A stretch of 64,000 nt of DNA, taken from NCBI GenBank assembly GCA_965197585.1, contig OZ240215.1, positions 2,432,001 through 2,496,000 of the forward strand. The letters run 5' to 3'. Made by a program: the position numbers and the translations under genes. Of the stretch, positions 1 to 11,024 are shown one piece after another. The notes under the pieces are model-generated. The model was not told where the DNA came from. It saw nothing but the letters and a program-made list of their open reading frames with translations, and made no database searches. Each line of letters opens with the position of its first letter. The stretch's first letter is position 1. The DNA comes from Dehalococcoidia bacterium. GTDB taxonomy: Bacteria > Chloroflexota > Dehalococcoidia > Plut-88900.

Positions 1-210
1 TCTTTGCCCGGTTAGGACCAGGAATGCCCTGCCAGAAACTTGGCCATCCGATGAACCGGCCGTGAGATAGTACGTTTTTGGGGACTCTTCCTTAATACGT
101 AGGCCGCATTATGGGAGCGTACTCCCGGCCAGGTTGTTGATTCCTTTCCGGATTAGGTACGCACCTCTTTTTTGCAAATTAGAAGAAACATTATCCCCCC
201 CGATGCTGAA

Positions 211-239
211 TTGACAAGACCAGAGTGGGCTGATAGCTT
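211..239 (+). promoter_or_regulatory. putative sigma70 promoter of the peptide ABC operon
   Basis: TTGACA (211-216), 17-nt spacer, TAGCTT (234-239), upstream of the ATG at 380. Confidence 0.55.
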
Positions 240-379
240 TATGGGCCTAACCCCCTACGACTTGCCGATGACTGAGTGTCAGGAAGAGACCCTCTTGCAA
301 GTTGAGGTTATTAGTCCACACTCGGTCCCCCTATCCGCTGGGCCAGCTTTCCAGAGGCTACTGATAGGCTGTTGAGCAC

Positions 380-1324
380 ATGTTACGTTTCATAACGGTG
401 CGCCTGGGCTTGATCGTAATCACCCTTCTCGTGGTCTCTGTAGTCATATTCACTGTCACGGAGATGCTGCCGGGTGATGCGGCCGAGATAGTGATGGGGC
501 GGAATGCAACGGAACAGAATCTCAAGCATATGCGGGAACAGTTGGGCCTCGACCACCCCGCTCCCGTCCGGTACGGAGACTGGATCTGGGGTGTCGTCCA
601 AGGCGACTTCGGCGAATCTTTGATTCAAAAACGCCCAGTCACGGAAATCATAGGGCACCGTTTTCTGCCGTCCATATACCTTGCCGTGTTCGCCTTTGCA
701 ATAGCGGTGCCCCCGGCGGTGCTTGTCGGAACTATGGCCGGGGTGAGACCCAACAGCATTGGTGACCGCATTGTCAGCACTGTCGGCATGGTAGGGATAT
801 CGCTGCCGGAGTTTGTGACCGGGTTGCTGTTGATCATCATCTTTTCCTCCGAATTGGGCTGGTTACCGACCACCAGCGCCATACCCCGGGGCGAGAGTCC
901 TCTAACGAGGCCGGAGATCCTGGTGCTGCCGACCCTAACGCTGACCGGCGTGGTATTTGCCTACATTATGCGAATGACGCGTGCCAATGTGTTGGAGGTC
1001 ATGGAGAGCAACTACGTGCGGACGGCGGTCCTGAAGGGCCTCCCAATGAGGAGGGTCATATTGCGGCACGTCGTTCCGAATGCAATTCTGCCAACCATCA
1101 GCATAGTTGCTGCAATGAGCGGGTGGCTTTTGGCCGGCCTCATCATAGTTGAGAACGTATTCTCCTATCCGGGCCTGGGACAACTGCTATTGAGCTCGAT
1201 CGAAACTCGTGACATACCCTTGTTGCAGGCGCTTACGCTGATTATCGCCGTGACCTATACCATCAGCACCCTGCTGGCGGACCTTAGCTACGCAGTTCTG
1301 GACCCGCGGATAAGGTACGCCTAA
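380..1324 (+). CDS. dppB: peptide/nickel ABC transporter permease (DppB/OppB-like)
   Basis: N-terminal 'LPGDAA...LGLDHP...GDFGES', EAA-loop variant 'YVRTAVLKGL', C-terminal 'LDPRIRY'. Confidence 0.9.
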   Translation: MLRFITVRLGLIVITLLVVSVVIFTVTEMLPGDAAEIVMGRNATEQNLKHMREQLGLDHPAPVRYGDWIWGVVQGDFGESLIQKRPVTEIIGHRFLPSIYLAVFAFAIAVPPAVLVGTMAGVRPNSIGDRIVSTVGMVGISLPEFVTGLLLIIIFSSELGWLPTTSAIPRGESPLTRPEILVLPTLTLTGVVFAYIMRMTRANVLEVMESNYVRTAVLKGLPMRRVILRHVVPNAILPTISIVAAMSGWLLAGLIIVENVFSYPGLGQLLLSSIETRDIPLLQALTLIIAVTYTISTLLADLSYAVLDPRIRYA

Positions 1325-2298
1325 TGGCGCTCGCACCTACCACAGGCAAGACTCGCATTGGCGTGCCCGGCGCCGCCCGGCCCGTGCTTCTGGCCGCGGG
1401 CCGGGGGACCCGCGAGTTTTTGCGGCTTTCGCTATCCACTACGGCAGGCCGTATAGGGTTGCCCATCGTAATGATCCACGTGTTCTTGGCGATTTTCGGT
1501 TCGATGGTGGCCCCTTATCCCTTTGATGAGTTCCATGTGCCACCCCTCTTCCCCGCCGAGGACCAGCTTTCGGGGCCGAACTGGACCTACCTGCTGGGAA
1601 CGGATCAATTCGGGCGCGACGTTTTCAGCCGCGTATTGTCCGGGGCAGGCTCTTTGATAGCGATGTCGCTGGGCGGCGCTCTGCTGGGTATCTTCCTCGG
1701 CACCGTGATAGGGATGAGCAGCGGCTACAAGGGAGGCAGGGTGGACGAGGTGGTGATGCGCATCATGGACGGGGGTTTGGCCTTTCCGGGCTTGCTTCTT
1801 GCCCTCTTGGTACTGACTACTCTCGGCGCTCGGGAGGCCCCGTGGCACTGGCTCGACGAAAACTGGGAGGGCCTGCTAATCGCGCTGACTGTCGGCGTCG
1901 TCCATGCACCCACTATTTCTCGTGTGATGCGGAGCGTAACTCTAAAGGCGAAGAACCAGGAGTTTGTAATGAGCGCCCGACTGCGGGGAGAGTCCGCGGC
2001 CTACATCATTTTCAGGGAGATCCTGCCCAATGCATTGACGGTCCTGGCGGTGGAACTCTCGGTGCGGCTGAGCTATTCGATCCTCATCGTGTCCACCCTG
2101 GGATTTCTCGGCTTGGGTGTTTCGCCGCCATCGCCGGACTGGGGCCGCATGATCGGCGAGGGCCGACAGTACATAGGCACAGCACCGTGGATGACGCTGG
2201 CGCCGGCGGGTGCAGTCGCCTCGTTGGTGGTGGGTGTCAATCTGCTGACCGACGGCATCAAACAGGCCAGCGGTCTTCCCAGAGAGATCATCAGATGA
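1324..2298 (+). CDS. dppC: peptide ABC transporter permease (DppC/OppC-like)
   Basis: 'LLGTDQFGRDVFSR', 'FLGLGVSPPSPDWG'; overlaps the upstream stop. Confidence 0.9.
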   Translation: MALAPTTGKTRIGVPGAARPVLLAAGRGTREFLRLSLSTTAGRIGLPIVMIHVFLAIFGSMVAPYPFDEFHVPPLFPAEDQLSGPNWTYLLGTDQFGRDVFSRVLSGAGSLIAMSLGGALLGIFLGTVIGMSSGYKGGRVDEVVMRIMDGGLAFPGLLLALLVLTTLGAREAPWHWLDENWEGLLIALTVGVVHAPTISRVMRSVTLKAKNQEFVMSARLRGESAAYIIFREILPNALTVLAVELSVRLSYSILIVSTLGFLGLGVSPPSPDWGRMIGEGRQYIGTAPWMTLAPAGAVASLVVGVNLLTDGIKQASGLPREIIR

Positions 2299-4382
2299 GC
2301 AGCCAGTCAAACCTTGGAACACCGCTGCTCCAGGTGGAGAATCTGGCCGTAACATTCTTCACGCCCCGGGGCACGGTCTACGCGGTCAGGGACGCATCGC
2401 TGGAGGTGCATCGCGGGGAGGTGATGGGGGTCGTAGGTGAATCGGGATGCGGCAAGTCGACCACTGCCTTCGCCGTCATGGGCTACCTGCCGGGCACTAC
2501 ACGGGTAGACGGCAGGATACTGTTCGAAGGCCGGGACGTTGCGCAAATGGACTCGTCGGAACTGAGCCATTTGCGGGGCAACCGCATAGCCATGGTGTAC
2601 CAGGACCCCGCGACGTCGCTGAATCCGACCATGAGGGCGGGGGCACAGATCCATGAGGTGCTCAGCCGGCACCTGGACATGGATACCCAGCAAAGTCACC
2701 ACCGGACAGTGGAGCTTTTCGAGAGCGTACGATTGGCTGACCCGGAGTCTATTGGGCGTCGGTATCCCCATGAGCTCAGCGGGGGCCAACAGCAGCGGGT
2801 GGTCATCGCCATGGCATTGGCCTGTGAACCGGACCTGCTGATCATGGACGAACCGACTACAGGACTGGACGTCACCACGGAAGCAACGATCCTGGAGTTG
2901 GTGGTGGACTTGAAGCAGCGCATCAACGCAGGCATCCTGTATGTGACCCACAACCTGGGAGTGATCGCCGCCGTGGCCGACCGAGTGGCAGTGATGTACG
3001 GCGGCGAGACAGTAGAGGAATCCCCGGTCCGGGAGCTGTTCAAGTCCCCCAAACATCCCTATACGGTGGGACTGCTGAGTTGCGTCCCCACACCCCCCAC
3101 GGAGTCTGGAGCAACCGTACAGCTCAGTAGCATCCCGGGCTCGGTCTTTCCTGCAGCTGAGTCGGCGCCGAGCGCTTGCCTTTTCATGTCACGATGCCCT
3201 CTGGCCCAAGAGTCATGTGGTAACCAGGCGCCGCCGGTTGTCGACACGGGTTCCGGGCACCTCTCTCGCTGTTTGTATTCCAGTGATGTTAACCGGGACA
3301 CTTGGGGGGAACAGCAGACTAACGTGGAAATAGGTCGCGTCCAGGCAGACCCTGTATTGTCGGCAAGACGTCTCCGCCGTTTCTACGGGAGTTGGGGACG
3401 CAAGTACCTATTATTTGGCCCCCGAGTCCGGCCGCCTGTCCGCGCCGTTAATGAAGTTGATTTTGATGTCGGGCTGGGACGGACGTTGGGAATCGTGGGT
3501 GAAAGCGGCTCCGGCAAAACTACCGTTGCACAGGCCATAGTGGGACTGGTTCCCCGTGACCGAGGCGATCTCCAACTACGAGAGCAGAATCTGGCGCCCG
3601 CCGTCGGAAAGCGCACCCGACCTCAGCAGGCGGCCATGCGCATGGTGTTCCAGAACCCGACTGCCTCCCTTAATCCCAAGCTTGCTGTCCGACATGCCAT
3701 TGTCCGAGCACTGCACAAGTTCTCCGGCCTCAACAAACGGGAGAGTCGGCAGCGTGCCGGGGAGTTGCTGCAGGCCGTGGGGCTGGACCCTGGCTACTTG
3801 AACCGACGCCCCGGGGAACTGAGCGGGGGAGAGCAACAGCGCGTGGCCCTGGCCGGGGCCTTCGCCGCCTCCCCGGACATCATAGTAGCCGACGAAGCAG
3901 TCTCTGCATTGGACGTATCCGTACAGGCCCAGGTGCTCAACCTGCTTCGGTCCCATCAACAGGACACGAACACCTCCTATGTATTCATCACCCATGATCT
4001 GGGCGTCGTACGATACCTCTCCGACGATATCCTTGTGCTGTATGCGGGGCATGTGGCCGAGTCGGGTCCCGCAAAGAAGGTGCTGGCGACGCCATCTCAC
4101 CCCTACACCGAAGCTTTGATGTCATCGGCGCCCGTACCTGATCCCGACGCCCAGCCGACTACAATCCGGCTTCCGGGATTCGTGCCCACCATGCGGGCCC
4201 AATTCCAGGGTTGCTTCTTCGCTGGGCGTTGTCCTCGAAAGATAGGACCCGTATGCGACGAAACCCCACCACCCGCGCGTACTTCCGACGGTGGAGAGCA
4301 CGTGATCTATTGCCATATTCCTCTGGAAGAGCTGTCCCGGCTGCAAGTTGACGGCGTAGAGTCTTTGCGGCCTGTCAAGTAA
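2295..4382 (+). CDS. fused dual-ATPase peptide ABC transporter ATP-binding protein (DppD/F)
   Basis: two Walker A motifs (GESGCGKS, GESGSGKT), two LSGG signatures, two Cys-rich oligo_HPY tails; start set at the ATGA overlap at 2295 rather than the ORF-track start 1842. Confidence 0.9.
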   Translation: MSSQSNLGTPLLQVENLAVTFFTPRGTVYAVRDASLEVHRGEVMGVVGESGCGKSTTAFAVMGYLPGTTRVDGRILFEGRDVAQMDSSELSHLRGNRIAMVYQDPATSLNPTMRAGAQIHEVLSRHLDMDTQQSHHRTVELFESVRLADPESIGRRYPHELSGGQQQRVVIAMALACEPDLLIMDEPTTGLDVTTEATILELVVDLKQRINAGILYVTHNLGVIAAVADRVAVMYGGETVEESPVRELFKSPKHPYTVGLLSCVPTPPTESGATVQLSSIPGSVFPAAESAPSACLFMSRCPLAQESCGNQAPPVVDTGSGHLSRCLYSSDVNRDTWGEQQTNVEIGRVQADPVLSARRLRRFYGSWGRKYLLFGPRVRPPVRAVNEVDFDVGLGRTLGIVGESGSGKTTVAQAIVGLVPRDRGDLQLREQNLAPAVGKRTRPQQAAMRMVFQNPTASLNPKLAVRHAIVRALHKFSGLNKRESRQRAGELLQAVGLDPGYLNRRPGELSGGEQQRVALAGAFAASPDIIVADEAVSALDVSVQAQVLNLLRSHQQDTNTSYVFITHDLGVVRYLSDDILVLYAGHVAESGPAKKVLATPSHPYTEALMSSAPVPDPDAQPTTIRLPGFVPTMRAQFQGCFFAGRCPRKIGPVCDETPPPARTSDGGEHVIYCHIPLEELSRLQVDGVESLRPVK

Positions 4383-4650
4383 GAACCGTTTGCGGAGAGC
4401 CAAGCCCCAGGCACATAGTTTTCGGTTCTATTGCATAGCAGGGTTTGGAAGTTTAACGAGACGTAAGAGTACGAGCGGGGTTCCCGCGCACCTCATCGCG
4501 AAACTGCTAAAGGCGACAAACTCCGCGCTTCACTCCGTGAAGGGGCTTACCTTTCACTGACGCTCTCACTTCTTTTCTGTGTGCACGTATTGGGACTACG
4601 GACTTAGCACAAGACTTCGGATTGCCAAACCCTACTAGGCAATAGAACCC

Positions 4651-5586
4651 TTATCTTGACGGAGTTATACCCCTTACCAAAGGCAGTACCTCATGTGCGA
4701 ACTGCTCATATTGCTGCATGGTTTGGGAGGGCGGGACGGCCGCATACATCACAAAGTGCGTAACCCCTGCATCCACGTATTCCTGTATCGCAGCTACGCA
4801 GTCCTCTGCATACCCTGAGACATTCGCCTGACCCCGAATCGTCGGCCTCTCGCTCCTCCAGCGGTCCGACTCCGTTTCCAGAATCTTCCACGCCCGCTCC
4901 CGGTCGTCGTCGAGGCAGAACCAGAGGACCGTCCCAAACTCTATGGCGTCCGGGTCCCGACCCGCCTGCTCCGCGTAACCGCGCACTTTCTCCCTCTCGG
5001 CTGCGTATCGTGATGCCGGCACCGAGGAGGGTATGAACCCGTCCCCGAGCCTTCCCGTCCGCCTGACTGTCGCCTCTACGAGCCCATCTTTCCACAGCGG
5101 CCCCAGCCATATCGGAGAGTGAGGCCGCTGCACGGGCTCAGGCCCCACATTTACATTCTCCACTTCGTGAAACTTGCCGCAGTGAGTCACCCCTTCCTCC
5201 GCAAGCAGCCTGCGCAGCAAGACCAGCTTCTCATCCGCCATTTTGCCTCGCTGGTGGATATCCAGGCCCATGGCATCAAACTCTTTCTTGTTGCTCCCAA
5301 CCCCGAGCCCCAGTACCAATCTCCCCTTCGAGAGGACGTCTATGGTGGCGACGGTCTTGGCGAGGGCAACAGGGTGCCGGTATGGGAGCACCAACACCGC
5401 CGTAGCCAACAGAATGCGCTCCGTTCTCTGAGACGCTGCTGCCAGGACAGCCATCGGGTCGGGAGCGGCGCCGAGGGCGAAGTCGGTAGTCCAAAAAGAG
5501 TCGTATCCCAGCCCCTCGGCCCGTACGACCATGTCAACAGTCCTATTCGCGTCAAAGATGTCAGAATGCATTATCCCGAATTTCAT
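4651..5586 (-). CDS. LLM-class flavin/F420-dependent oxidoreductase
   Basis: 'MKFGI', 'AEGLGYDSFW', 'LPYRHPVALAK..ATIDVLSKGRL.LG.GVG', 'PEPVQRPH'. Confidence 0.9.
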   Translation of the reverse strand: MKFGIMHSDIFDANRTVDMVVRAEGLGYDSFWTTDFALGAAPDPMAVLAAASQRTERILLATAVLVLPYRHPVALAKTVATIDVLSKGRLVLGLGVGSNKKEFDAMGLDIHQRGKMADEKLVLLRRLLAEEGVTHCGKFHEVENVNVGPEPVQRPHSPIWLGPLWKDGLVEATVRRTGRLGDGFIPSSVPASRYAAEREKVRGYAEQAGRDPDAIEFGTVLWFCLDDDRERAWKILETESDRWRSERPTIRGQANVSGYAEDCVAAIQEYVDAGVTHFVMYAAVPPSQTMQQYEQFAHEVLPLVRGITPSR

Positions 5587-5876
5587 GTCAGTAATACCGT
5601 GTGATCACCTCTTCCGTAATTAGAGAGGCCTATAGTGCTGGTGATCGCAAAATCATCCTTCCTCTTAAAGGCCCCGAGCTCGTACATTCTCCTGGCTTGG
5701 ACTTTGTCTTCAAACGAGAGACCCGTACCCACCGACACTACAGCCTGGGTGTTGCAATACTATCAAAAGGGCAATACCTTACTGTCTTGGGGCCAAGTGA
5801 TTCTCGGAGAGGGTTACATCGTGGATTAGGCCCGATACCCCACCCACGGAACTAAGAAAAGACTAGGAGTAAATAA

Positions 5877-6218
5877 ATGGGGACCTTTCGACTATACAGC
5901 GGAGAAGATGGCCAGTCCCACATCGAGTCCATTAGCCTGGCGGAGACTCCTGCTTGGACACAAGGTGTGCACACTACAAAGATCAGCTTCCAGGCACAGC
6001 CTGTGGGGAACTACCTGGACTGGCATCCCGCTCCGAGACGCCAATTCGTGATCATACTTTCTGGACAACTGGAGATTGGGTTGGGCGACGGGAGCAAGCA
6101 CGTATTTGGGCCCGGCGACGCCCGATTGGTGGAAGACATCACGGGACAGGGGCATACGACGGGGGTGTACGGCGACGAGGCGTGCGTCACGGCTACTATT
6201 CCACTCAAGGACCAATAG
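5877..6218 (+). CDS. cupin-fold protein
   Basis: 'DWHPAPRRQFVI.LSG.LEI', 'EDITGQGH'; RBS AGGAG. Confidence 0.8.
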   Translation: MGTFRLYSGEDGQSHIESISLAETPAWTQGVHTTKISFQAQPVGNYLDWHPAPRRQFVIILSGQLEIGLGDGSKHVFGPGDARLVEDITGQGHTTGVYGDEACVTATIPLKDQ

Positions 6219-6272
6219 CGGCTGAGATGGGAAAGTAGACCTGCTCAAGAGCTTAGCAATAGTTGAACGGGA

Positions 6273-6312
6273 GAGGGGCGGTGACACGGGTTAGCCCGTG
6301 CCACCGCCCCCT
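6273..6312. terminator. GC-rich hairpin between convergent genes
   Basis: aggggcggtgacacggg-ttag-cccgtgccaccgcccc, near-perfect inverted repeat. Confidence 0.6.
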
Positions 6313-6379
6313 AATTTCCTAGCTGCTCATCCAGAAGCCAAAGGCTGTCAGAAAGCGGGTTGCCTAAACTCCCGGCGCC

Positions 6380-7786
6380 CTACTGGGTTGCCAGGATGTA
6401 CTGCTCCTCAGCCCAGGCCAGGTTCTCTCCCAGGTAGACCTCGTCCAGCATGATGCCGTAGGGGGCGTTTGCCCCGGAAGTGGGCAGATGGTCCCGTACC
6501 TCGTCAAATTCGGGGGCGTCCAACAACGGAATGGCCTTCCGGTTGACCGGCCCGTATGAGATGTACTTGGATAGTTCTGCATTAATTTCGGGGAAGGTTA
6601 TCCAGGCGATGAACAGGTTGGCCAGCTCGTACCTTTCGGGATGCAGCTCTTTCATGCCGTTGACCAGGGCGAATCCACTCAAGTTGATGATGTGGCCGCA
6701 TTCCCAGCAAACCCGGATCGGTGCGCCTTCCTTGGCCGCATCGAAGATTCGACCGTTATAGGCGCTGCACATTTCCACTTCCCCGCTTATGAGCAGCTCG
6801 GGGCATTGTGACCCGCTTTGCCAGTAGATAATGTCGCCGGCCGCTTCGTCTGCCCAATCGGCAAACCACTGGAAGTCTTCTTCCATCTGCTCTCGGCTTG
6901 GCCTGTTAGCAGCCTGTTTGCCCTCCGGCGAATTCAGCAGCTCGGGTTCACGGGCCAGCCTCATGAACTGGATGTGTCCTCCCCACGCCACGGCGTGGCG
7001 GAGGGCCCGGCGGCCGGGGAATTTCTCCAGATCGTAGAAGTCTGCCCATGACTTGGGACCGCTGTCGCCGGGATATACATCGGTGTTGTAGGCCATGACG
7101 ATGGACCAGGTAACGTCTCCGCCGCCCATGTAGGGAGAGAGTTCCTTGATGGGGTCCAGCAGGTCCCGGGTGTCGACCACGCTCAAGTCCAGCTCATCCA
7201 GGGAGTCGGTCTTGAGGACAGCCGTGGCGTCCGCAACGCCGAGGGTAGACACGTCCCACTCTATATTGCCCGTTTCCGCAGCGGCTACCCATTTAGCCTG
7301 ATTCGGGGTGGGGGTATCCTCGATCACTTCGATGCCGAATTGTTCCAACAAAGGAATGAAGTAGGCCTGTCTCGCTGCGGCCGTGTAGGCGCCTCCCGGC
7401 CCGAGGACAATGATGCTCTTGCCCCGGTACTTCTCCAATTCTGCTTCTATTTCGGCCAGAGTTGCGGGGTTTTCCACCGTCCATTCATCCCTTGGCCTCA
7501 ACGTCGATACCGGCTCCGGTTCGGTCGGCTCTTCCGTTGCACTCACCACCTGCCCGGGGACCGCTGTGGCCGTGGGCTGGGGGGCGGCGGTGGGTTGAGG
7601 GGCGGCGGTGGGTTGAGGGGCGGCGGTCGGTTGGGGTTCTTCGGTGGTGGTGTCGGGCTCCGGAGTTGCGGTGGCGGCCTCTCCACAAGCAACCACGACA
7701 AGCATGGCTACTAATAGAAGGGACAGGATGCTGAATACCATCCCTTTTGCTGTCGCAATCCGCTTCACTCTATGGGCGTTAAACAT
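6380..7786 (-). CDS. ABC extracellular solute-binding lipoprotein (PotD/PotF-like)
   Basis: lipobox 'VVACG', PTAAPQ linker, 'PKSWADFYDLEKFPGRRAL', 'AYNGR', 'ISYGP.N'; exact start uncertain. Confidence 0.85.
   Translation of the reverse strand: MFNAHRVKRIATAKGMVFSILSLLLVAMLVVVACGEAATATPEPDTTTEEPQPTAAPQPTAAPQPTAAPQPTATAVPGQVVSATEEPTEPEPVSTLRPRDEWTVENPATLAEIEAELEKYRGKSIIVLGPGGAYTAAARQAYFIPLLEQFGIEVIEDTPTPNQAKWVAAAETGNIEWDVSTLGVADATAVLKTDSLDELDLSVVDTRDLLDPIKELSPYMGGGDVTWSIVMAYNTDVYPGDSGPKSWADFYDLEKFPGRRALRHAVAWGGHIQFMRLAREPELLNSPEGKQAANRPSREQMEEDFQWFADWADEAAGDIIYWQSGSQCPELLISGEVEMCSAYNGRIFDAAKEGAPIRVCWECGHIINLSGFALVNGMKELHPERYELANLFIAWITFPEINAELSKYISYGPVNRKAIPLLDAPEFDEVRDHLPTSGANAPYGIMLDEVYLGENLAWAEEQYILATQ
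7570..7636 (-). repeat. 18-bp tandem repeat encoding (PQPTAA)n linker
   Basis: ggggcggcggtgggttga repeated about 3.5 times. Confidence 0.85.
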
Positions 7787-8169
7787 ATCAAAGTCTCCGT
7801 CCGGTCTAGCTATTCATGCCGTTATTCCATGGACCTACTCTAATGCCGGGTTTGCCGTGGGTTATAGGCTTATTACGGGCCTCCTTTGATCCAGCAATCT
7901 TACCTGTTCAAGCTGGTACTATATACAGATAGTAGTGTCTGCACCACCCTAAGAAACAGAAGGGACTAGATCAACCTGTCTATGGGGCGAAATGAAATTT
8001 GAACAATGGGCACAATGTCGGCAATAGCCTTCCATGGAGAGCTTCCAATGATTGTCACCCCCATGTATTTTAGGGATGCGGGCGACACATATGTGAAGCC
8101 GTCTTCTACGATTGCATAAATCGATAATCACGTTTAACAGGGCAGGAAACTACCGGAAAAGAGGAGGAA

Positions 8170-9204
8170 ATGGCAGATCAACAGCAAGATTGGGAATACG
8201 GGATTCAGACGGAAGGCCATTCAGACGAGAGCGATGGCTCCGGCCCCGTAATACTGGGAGAAAACGGCTTCACGTACAGCGTATCCGGCGACAACTGGGG
8301 CAACCTCCCCGACGGTTGGACCTACAAGGAAGGCACCTCAGTAGACGTGGATTCCAGGGACCAGGTTTACGTATTCAACCGGGGCACGTGTCCCATGATC
8401 GTATTCGATTCCGAAGGAAACGTTTTGAGAACGTGGGGCGAGGGCTTATTCAGCAACCCCCACGGCGTTACCATCGCCCCCGACGACACGGTGTTTTGCG
8501 TCGATAACGGGGACAGCACAGTCCGCCAACTCACTCCCGAAGGCAAGCTGCTTATGACCCTCGGCGCCCCAAACTGCCCTAGTCCCAAGATGAGCGGCAT
8601 ACCCTTCTCTAAACCCGCTCACGTGGCCTTCGACAAAAGGACCGGCGATTTCTACGTTGCTGATGGCTACTCCAACGCACGGGTGCACAAATACACCCCC
8701 GATGGACAGCTCCTGTTTTCCTGGGGCGAATCGGGTACCGCCGAGGGCCAGTTCAACATCGTTCACAACCTGGCCGTCGACAGCGATGGATGGGTATACG
8801 TCGCTGATCGCGAAAACCACCGGATTCAGGTATTCAGTCCCGAGGGGAAGTACGAGACTCAATGGGTCAACCTATCCCGGGCCGCTGCGATCTACATAGA
8901 TGACCGATCGGGAGAGGAACTGGTCTACATTGGCGAATATTTCTGCGGCATCGGGTCCAATGACATAGGCACCGATCTGGGCCCCCGCATTACGGTGATG
9001 AACACCAAGGGCGAGGTCTTGGCCAGAATAGGGCGGGAAAGCTACGGATCGCAGACCGGCCGATTCTACGCCCCCCACGGCATTGCAGTAGATTCAAAGG
9101 GAGACATCTACGTCGCTGAGGTCTCCTGGAGCGACTACGGCAGCGTTATGGACCCACCGCGTGAACTCCGCTCCATGCAGAAGCTGGTCAAAGTCCCGGG
9201 GTAG
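8170..9204 (+). CDS. NHL-repeat beta-propeller, peptidyl-alpha-hydroxyglycine alpha-amidating lyase-like
   Basis: 'YVADGYSNARVHK', 'VYVADRENHRIQVF', 'PHGIAVDSKGDIYVAEV'; RBS GAGGAGG. Confidence 0.85.
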   Translation: MADQQQDWEYGIQTEGHSDESDGSGPVILGENGFTYSVSGDNWGNLPDGWTYKEGTSVDVDSRDQVYVFNRGTCPMIVFDSEGNVLRTWGEGLFSNPHGVTIAPDDTVFCVDNGDSTVRQLTPEGKLLMTLGAPNCPSPKMSGIPFSKPAHVAFDKRTGDFYVADGYSNARVHKYTPDGQLLFSWGESGTAEGQFNIVHNLAVDSDGWVYVADRENHRIQVFSPEGKYETQWVNLSRAAAIYIDDRSGEELVYIGEYFCGIGSNDIGTDLGPRITVMNTKGEVLARIGRESYGSQTGRFYAPHGIAVDSKGDIYVAEVSWSDYGSVMDPPRELRSMQKLVKVPG

Positions 9205-9305
9205 AGATTCGGCCAAGGCGCCATTGAGTAGTCGACAGCGTAGGCTACAGACTGCTTGGCAGCGCACGTAGAGGCCGAACTTTGCGCCCGGAACCTGGTC
9301 GTTGG

Positions 9306-11024
9306 CTAACCGACCATGTCGTAGCTGCGGAGCAGTTTGCCAGGCAGCGCCCCTGTGCATTCGCTATCCTCGAAGGTGACCGTGCCGTTGACTATGGTAT
9401 AGCGAAGCCCCGTGGGCTTTTGGACTAAGCGGCGTTCCCCACCCGGGAAGTCGTTGGCGAAGATGGGCTTGTCGTATACGAAACCAAGCTCATTGAGATT
9501 GTAGACAATTACGTCCGCCCAGTTTCCCACCCGGAGCGTACCCCGGTCCTTGAAATCGGTTATCCAGGCCGGAAGCGCACTCATCTTGTAGTGGGCCTGC
9601 TCCAAAGTCATGATCTCTCTGTCCCGGATCCAGAGGCTAAGCCAATAGATAGGCCAAGTGCTGTGAGTGTTGAACTTGGTGTGGGCCCCACCATCGGAGA
9701 CCGAGATATGAGAGTGAGGATCGAGCAGCGCTGGCTTCCGAGCCTTCACCTCTGCCGGGGAATCCTCCGGAGGAAGAATATACTCGGTCTGGAGTTCCTC
9801 GTCTAAAGCCAGGTCCAGGAAGGCATCCAACGGGTGTTTTCCCTGAATTTCAGAAACCTCTTGAACTGTCATTCCTTCGTACTGCTCGTTCCGCTCCTCG
9901 AACACCTGCAACACCCTCATCCGAGCCCAGTCGGTCATGCGATAGGCCGGTGATGAAGCGGACTCCGAGCGTTTTGCATCTTCTATGTCTTGCCTCATCG
10001 CCGACCGTGTTTCAGGGTCTCTCAGCTTTACAGAGCGCTCCTCTACGCCGCCCACCAGGGGCTGAATCCAGTTGGGCATGAAGTCGTACAAGTTGAATTC
10101 AGCCAGCTTAAACTCCATCGCAGGAGCCGTACTGGTCTGCTGCATAATCAGAGGGAGCCCCTCCCGACGGCACGAGTCCACCCAATCTGCCCCATCGTCA
10201 TTAGCGTTCAGCAAGCTGAAGGGGCGGCCGCTCACCCTCATCATATTGGCAGTCAGGTCGAGTACCGCGCCCCGCTCCTCCTGGTTGAGCCCCAGGCCCA
10301 GTGTCAGCCCCATGTGACCCACCCCGAATTCCCCTAGAACTTCCGACAGTGCAAGGAATTCTTCCTCGGATGCCACGTGGCTGGGAAGGGAACCGCCGTC
10401 CTCCGGACGGTCTTCGTAGTTCTTGTTGAAGGAGAACCCGAAAGCTCCGGCCTCCATCGCCTCGTGGAACATCTGCTTCATCTGGTTTAGCTCTGCATCC
10501 GTTACCGAAGTCCTCTCCCTGGCAGGCAGCATGCCAAGCACGTAACCGCGCATGGGTGAGAATGGGAACACCGGGCCCACGTTAACGCCCAGTCCCTGGC
10601 GGTCCAGACTGTCCATATATTCCGGGAAGGTTTCCCAGTCCCAGCGAAGTCCAAGGCGCATCGACTCCAGTGGAATGGCCTCGATGCGGTTCATCATCCG
10701 CATATTCAGGTCCCTGTCCTCGGGCCTGGTCGGAGCGAAGCCAAATCCGCATTCGCCAATCGTAAGGGAAGTCACCCCGAACCAGCCCGACAGCGATGCA
10801 TAGGGGTCCCAGTTAAGCTGGGCATCGTAGTGGGTGTGCATGTCGATGGCTCCGGGCGCCACAATGCAGTCCCGGGCATCGATCTCTTTCACGCCTCCGG
10901 CGCTGATCCTGCCGCTGATTTTGGCCACTCTTCCGTCTTTGACAGCCAAATCAGCCCGGTAGCGGGGAACACCCGTCCCGTCCACAATCGTGCCGCCACG
11001 GATAACCAGGTCGTATTCAGATAT
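9306..11024 (-). CDS. N-acyl-D-amino-acid deacylase family amidohydrolase
   Basis: 'YDLVIRGGTIVDGTG', 'APGAIDMHTHYD', 'SDGGAH'; homology extends to an ATA at 11024 preceded by an RBS (see findings). Confidence 0.88.
   Translation of the reverse strand: MSEYDLVIRGGTIVDGTGVPRYRADLAVKDGRVAKISGRISAGGVKEIDARDCIVAPGAIDMHTHYDAQLNWDPYASLSGWFGVTSLTIGECGFGFAPTRPEDRDLNMRMMNRIEAIPLESMRLGLRWDWETFPEYMDSLDRQGLGVNVGPVFPFSPMRGYVLGMLPARERTSVTDAELNQMKQMFHEAMEAGAFGFSFNKNYEDRPEDGGSLPSHVASEEEFLALSEVLGEFGVGHMGLTLGLGLNQEERGAVLDLTANMMRVSGRPFSLLNANDDGADWVDSCRREGLPLIMQQTSTAPAMEFKLAEFNLYDFMPNWIQPLVGGVEERSVKLRDPETRSAMRQDIEDAKRSESASSPAYRMTDWARMRVLQVFEERNEQYEGMTVQEVSEIQGKHPLDAFLDLALDEELQTEYILPPEDSPAEVKARKPALLDPHSHISVSDGGAHTKFNTHSTWPIYWLSLWIRDREIMTLEQAHYKMSALPAWITDFKDRGTLRVGNWADVIVYNLNELGFVYDKPIFANDFPGGERRLVQKPTGLRYTIVNGTVTFEDSECTGALPGKLLRSYDMVG

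Noticed and set aside
1842-2294. N-terminal extensions in the ORF track (also 26134-27411, 24603-25259, 32751-34184, 48938-50140)
   Set aside because: They overlap neighbouring genes or repeats; SD-supported or overlap-coupled internal starts fit family N-termini
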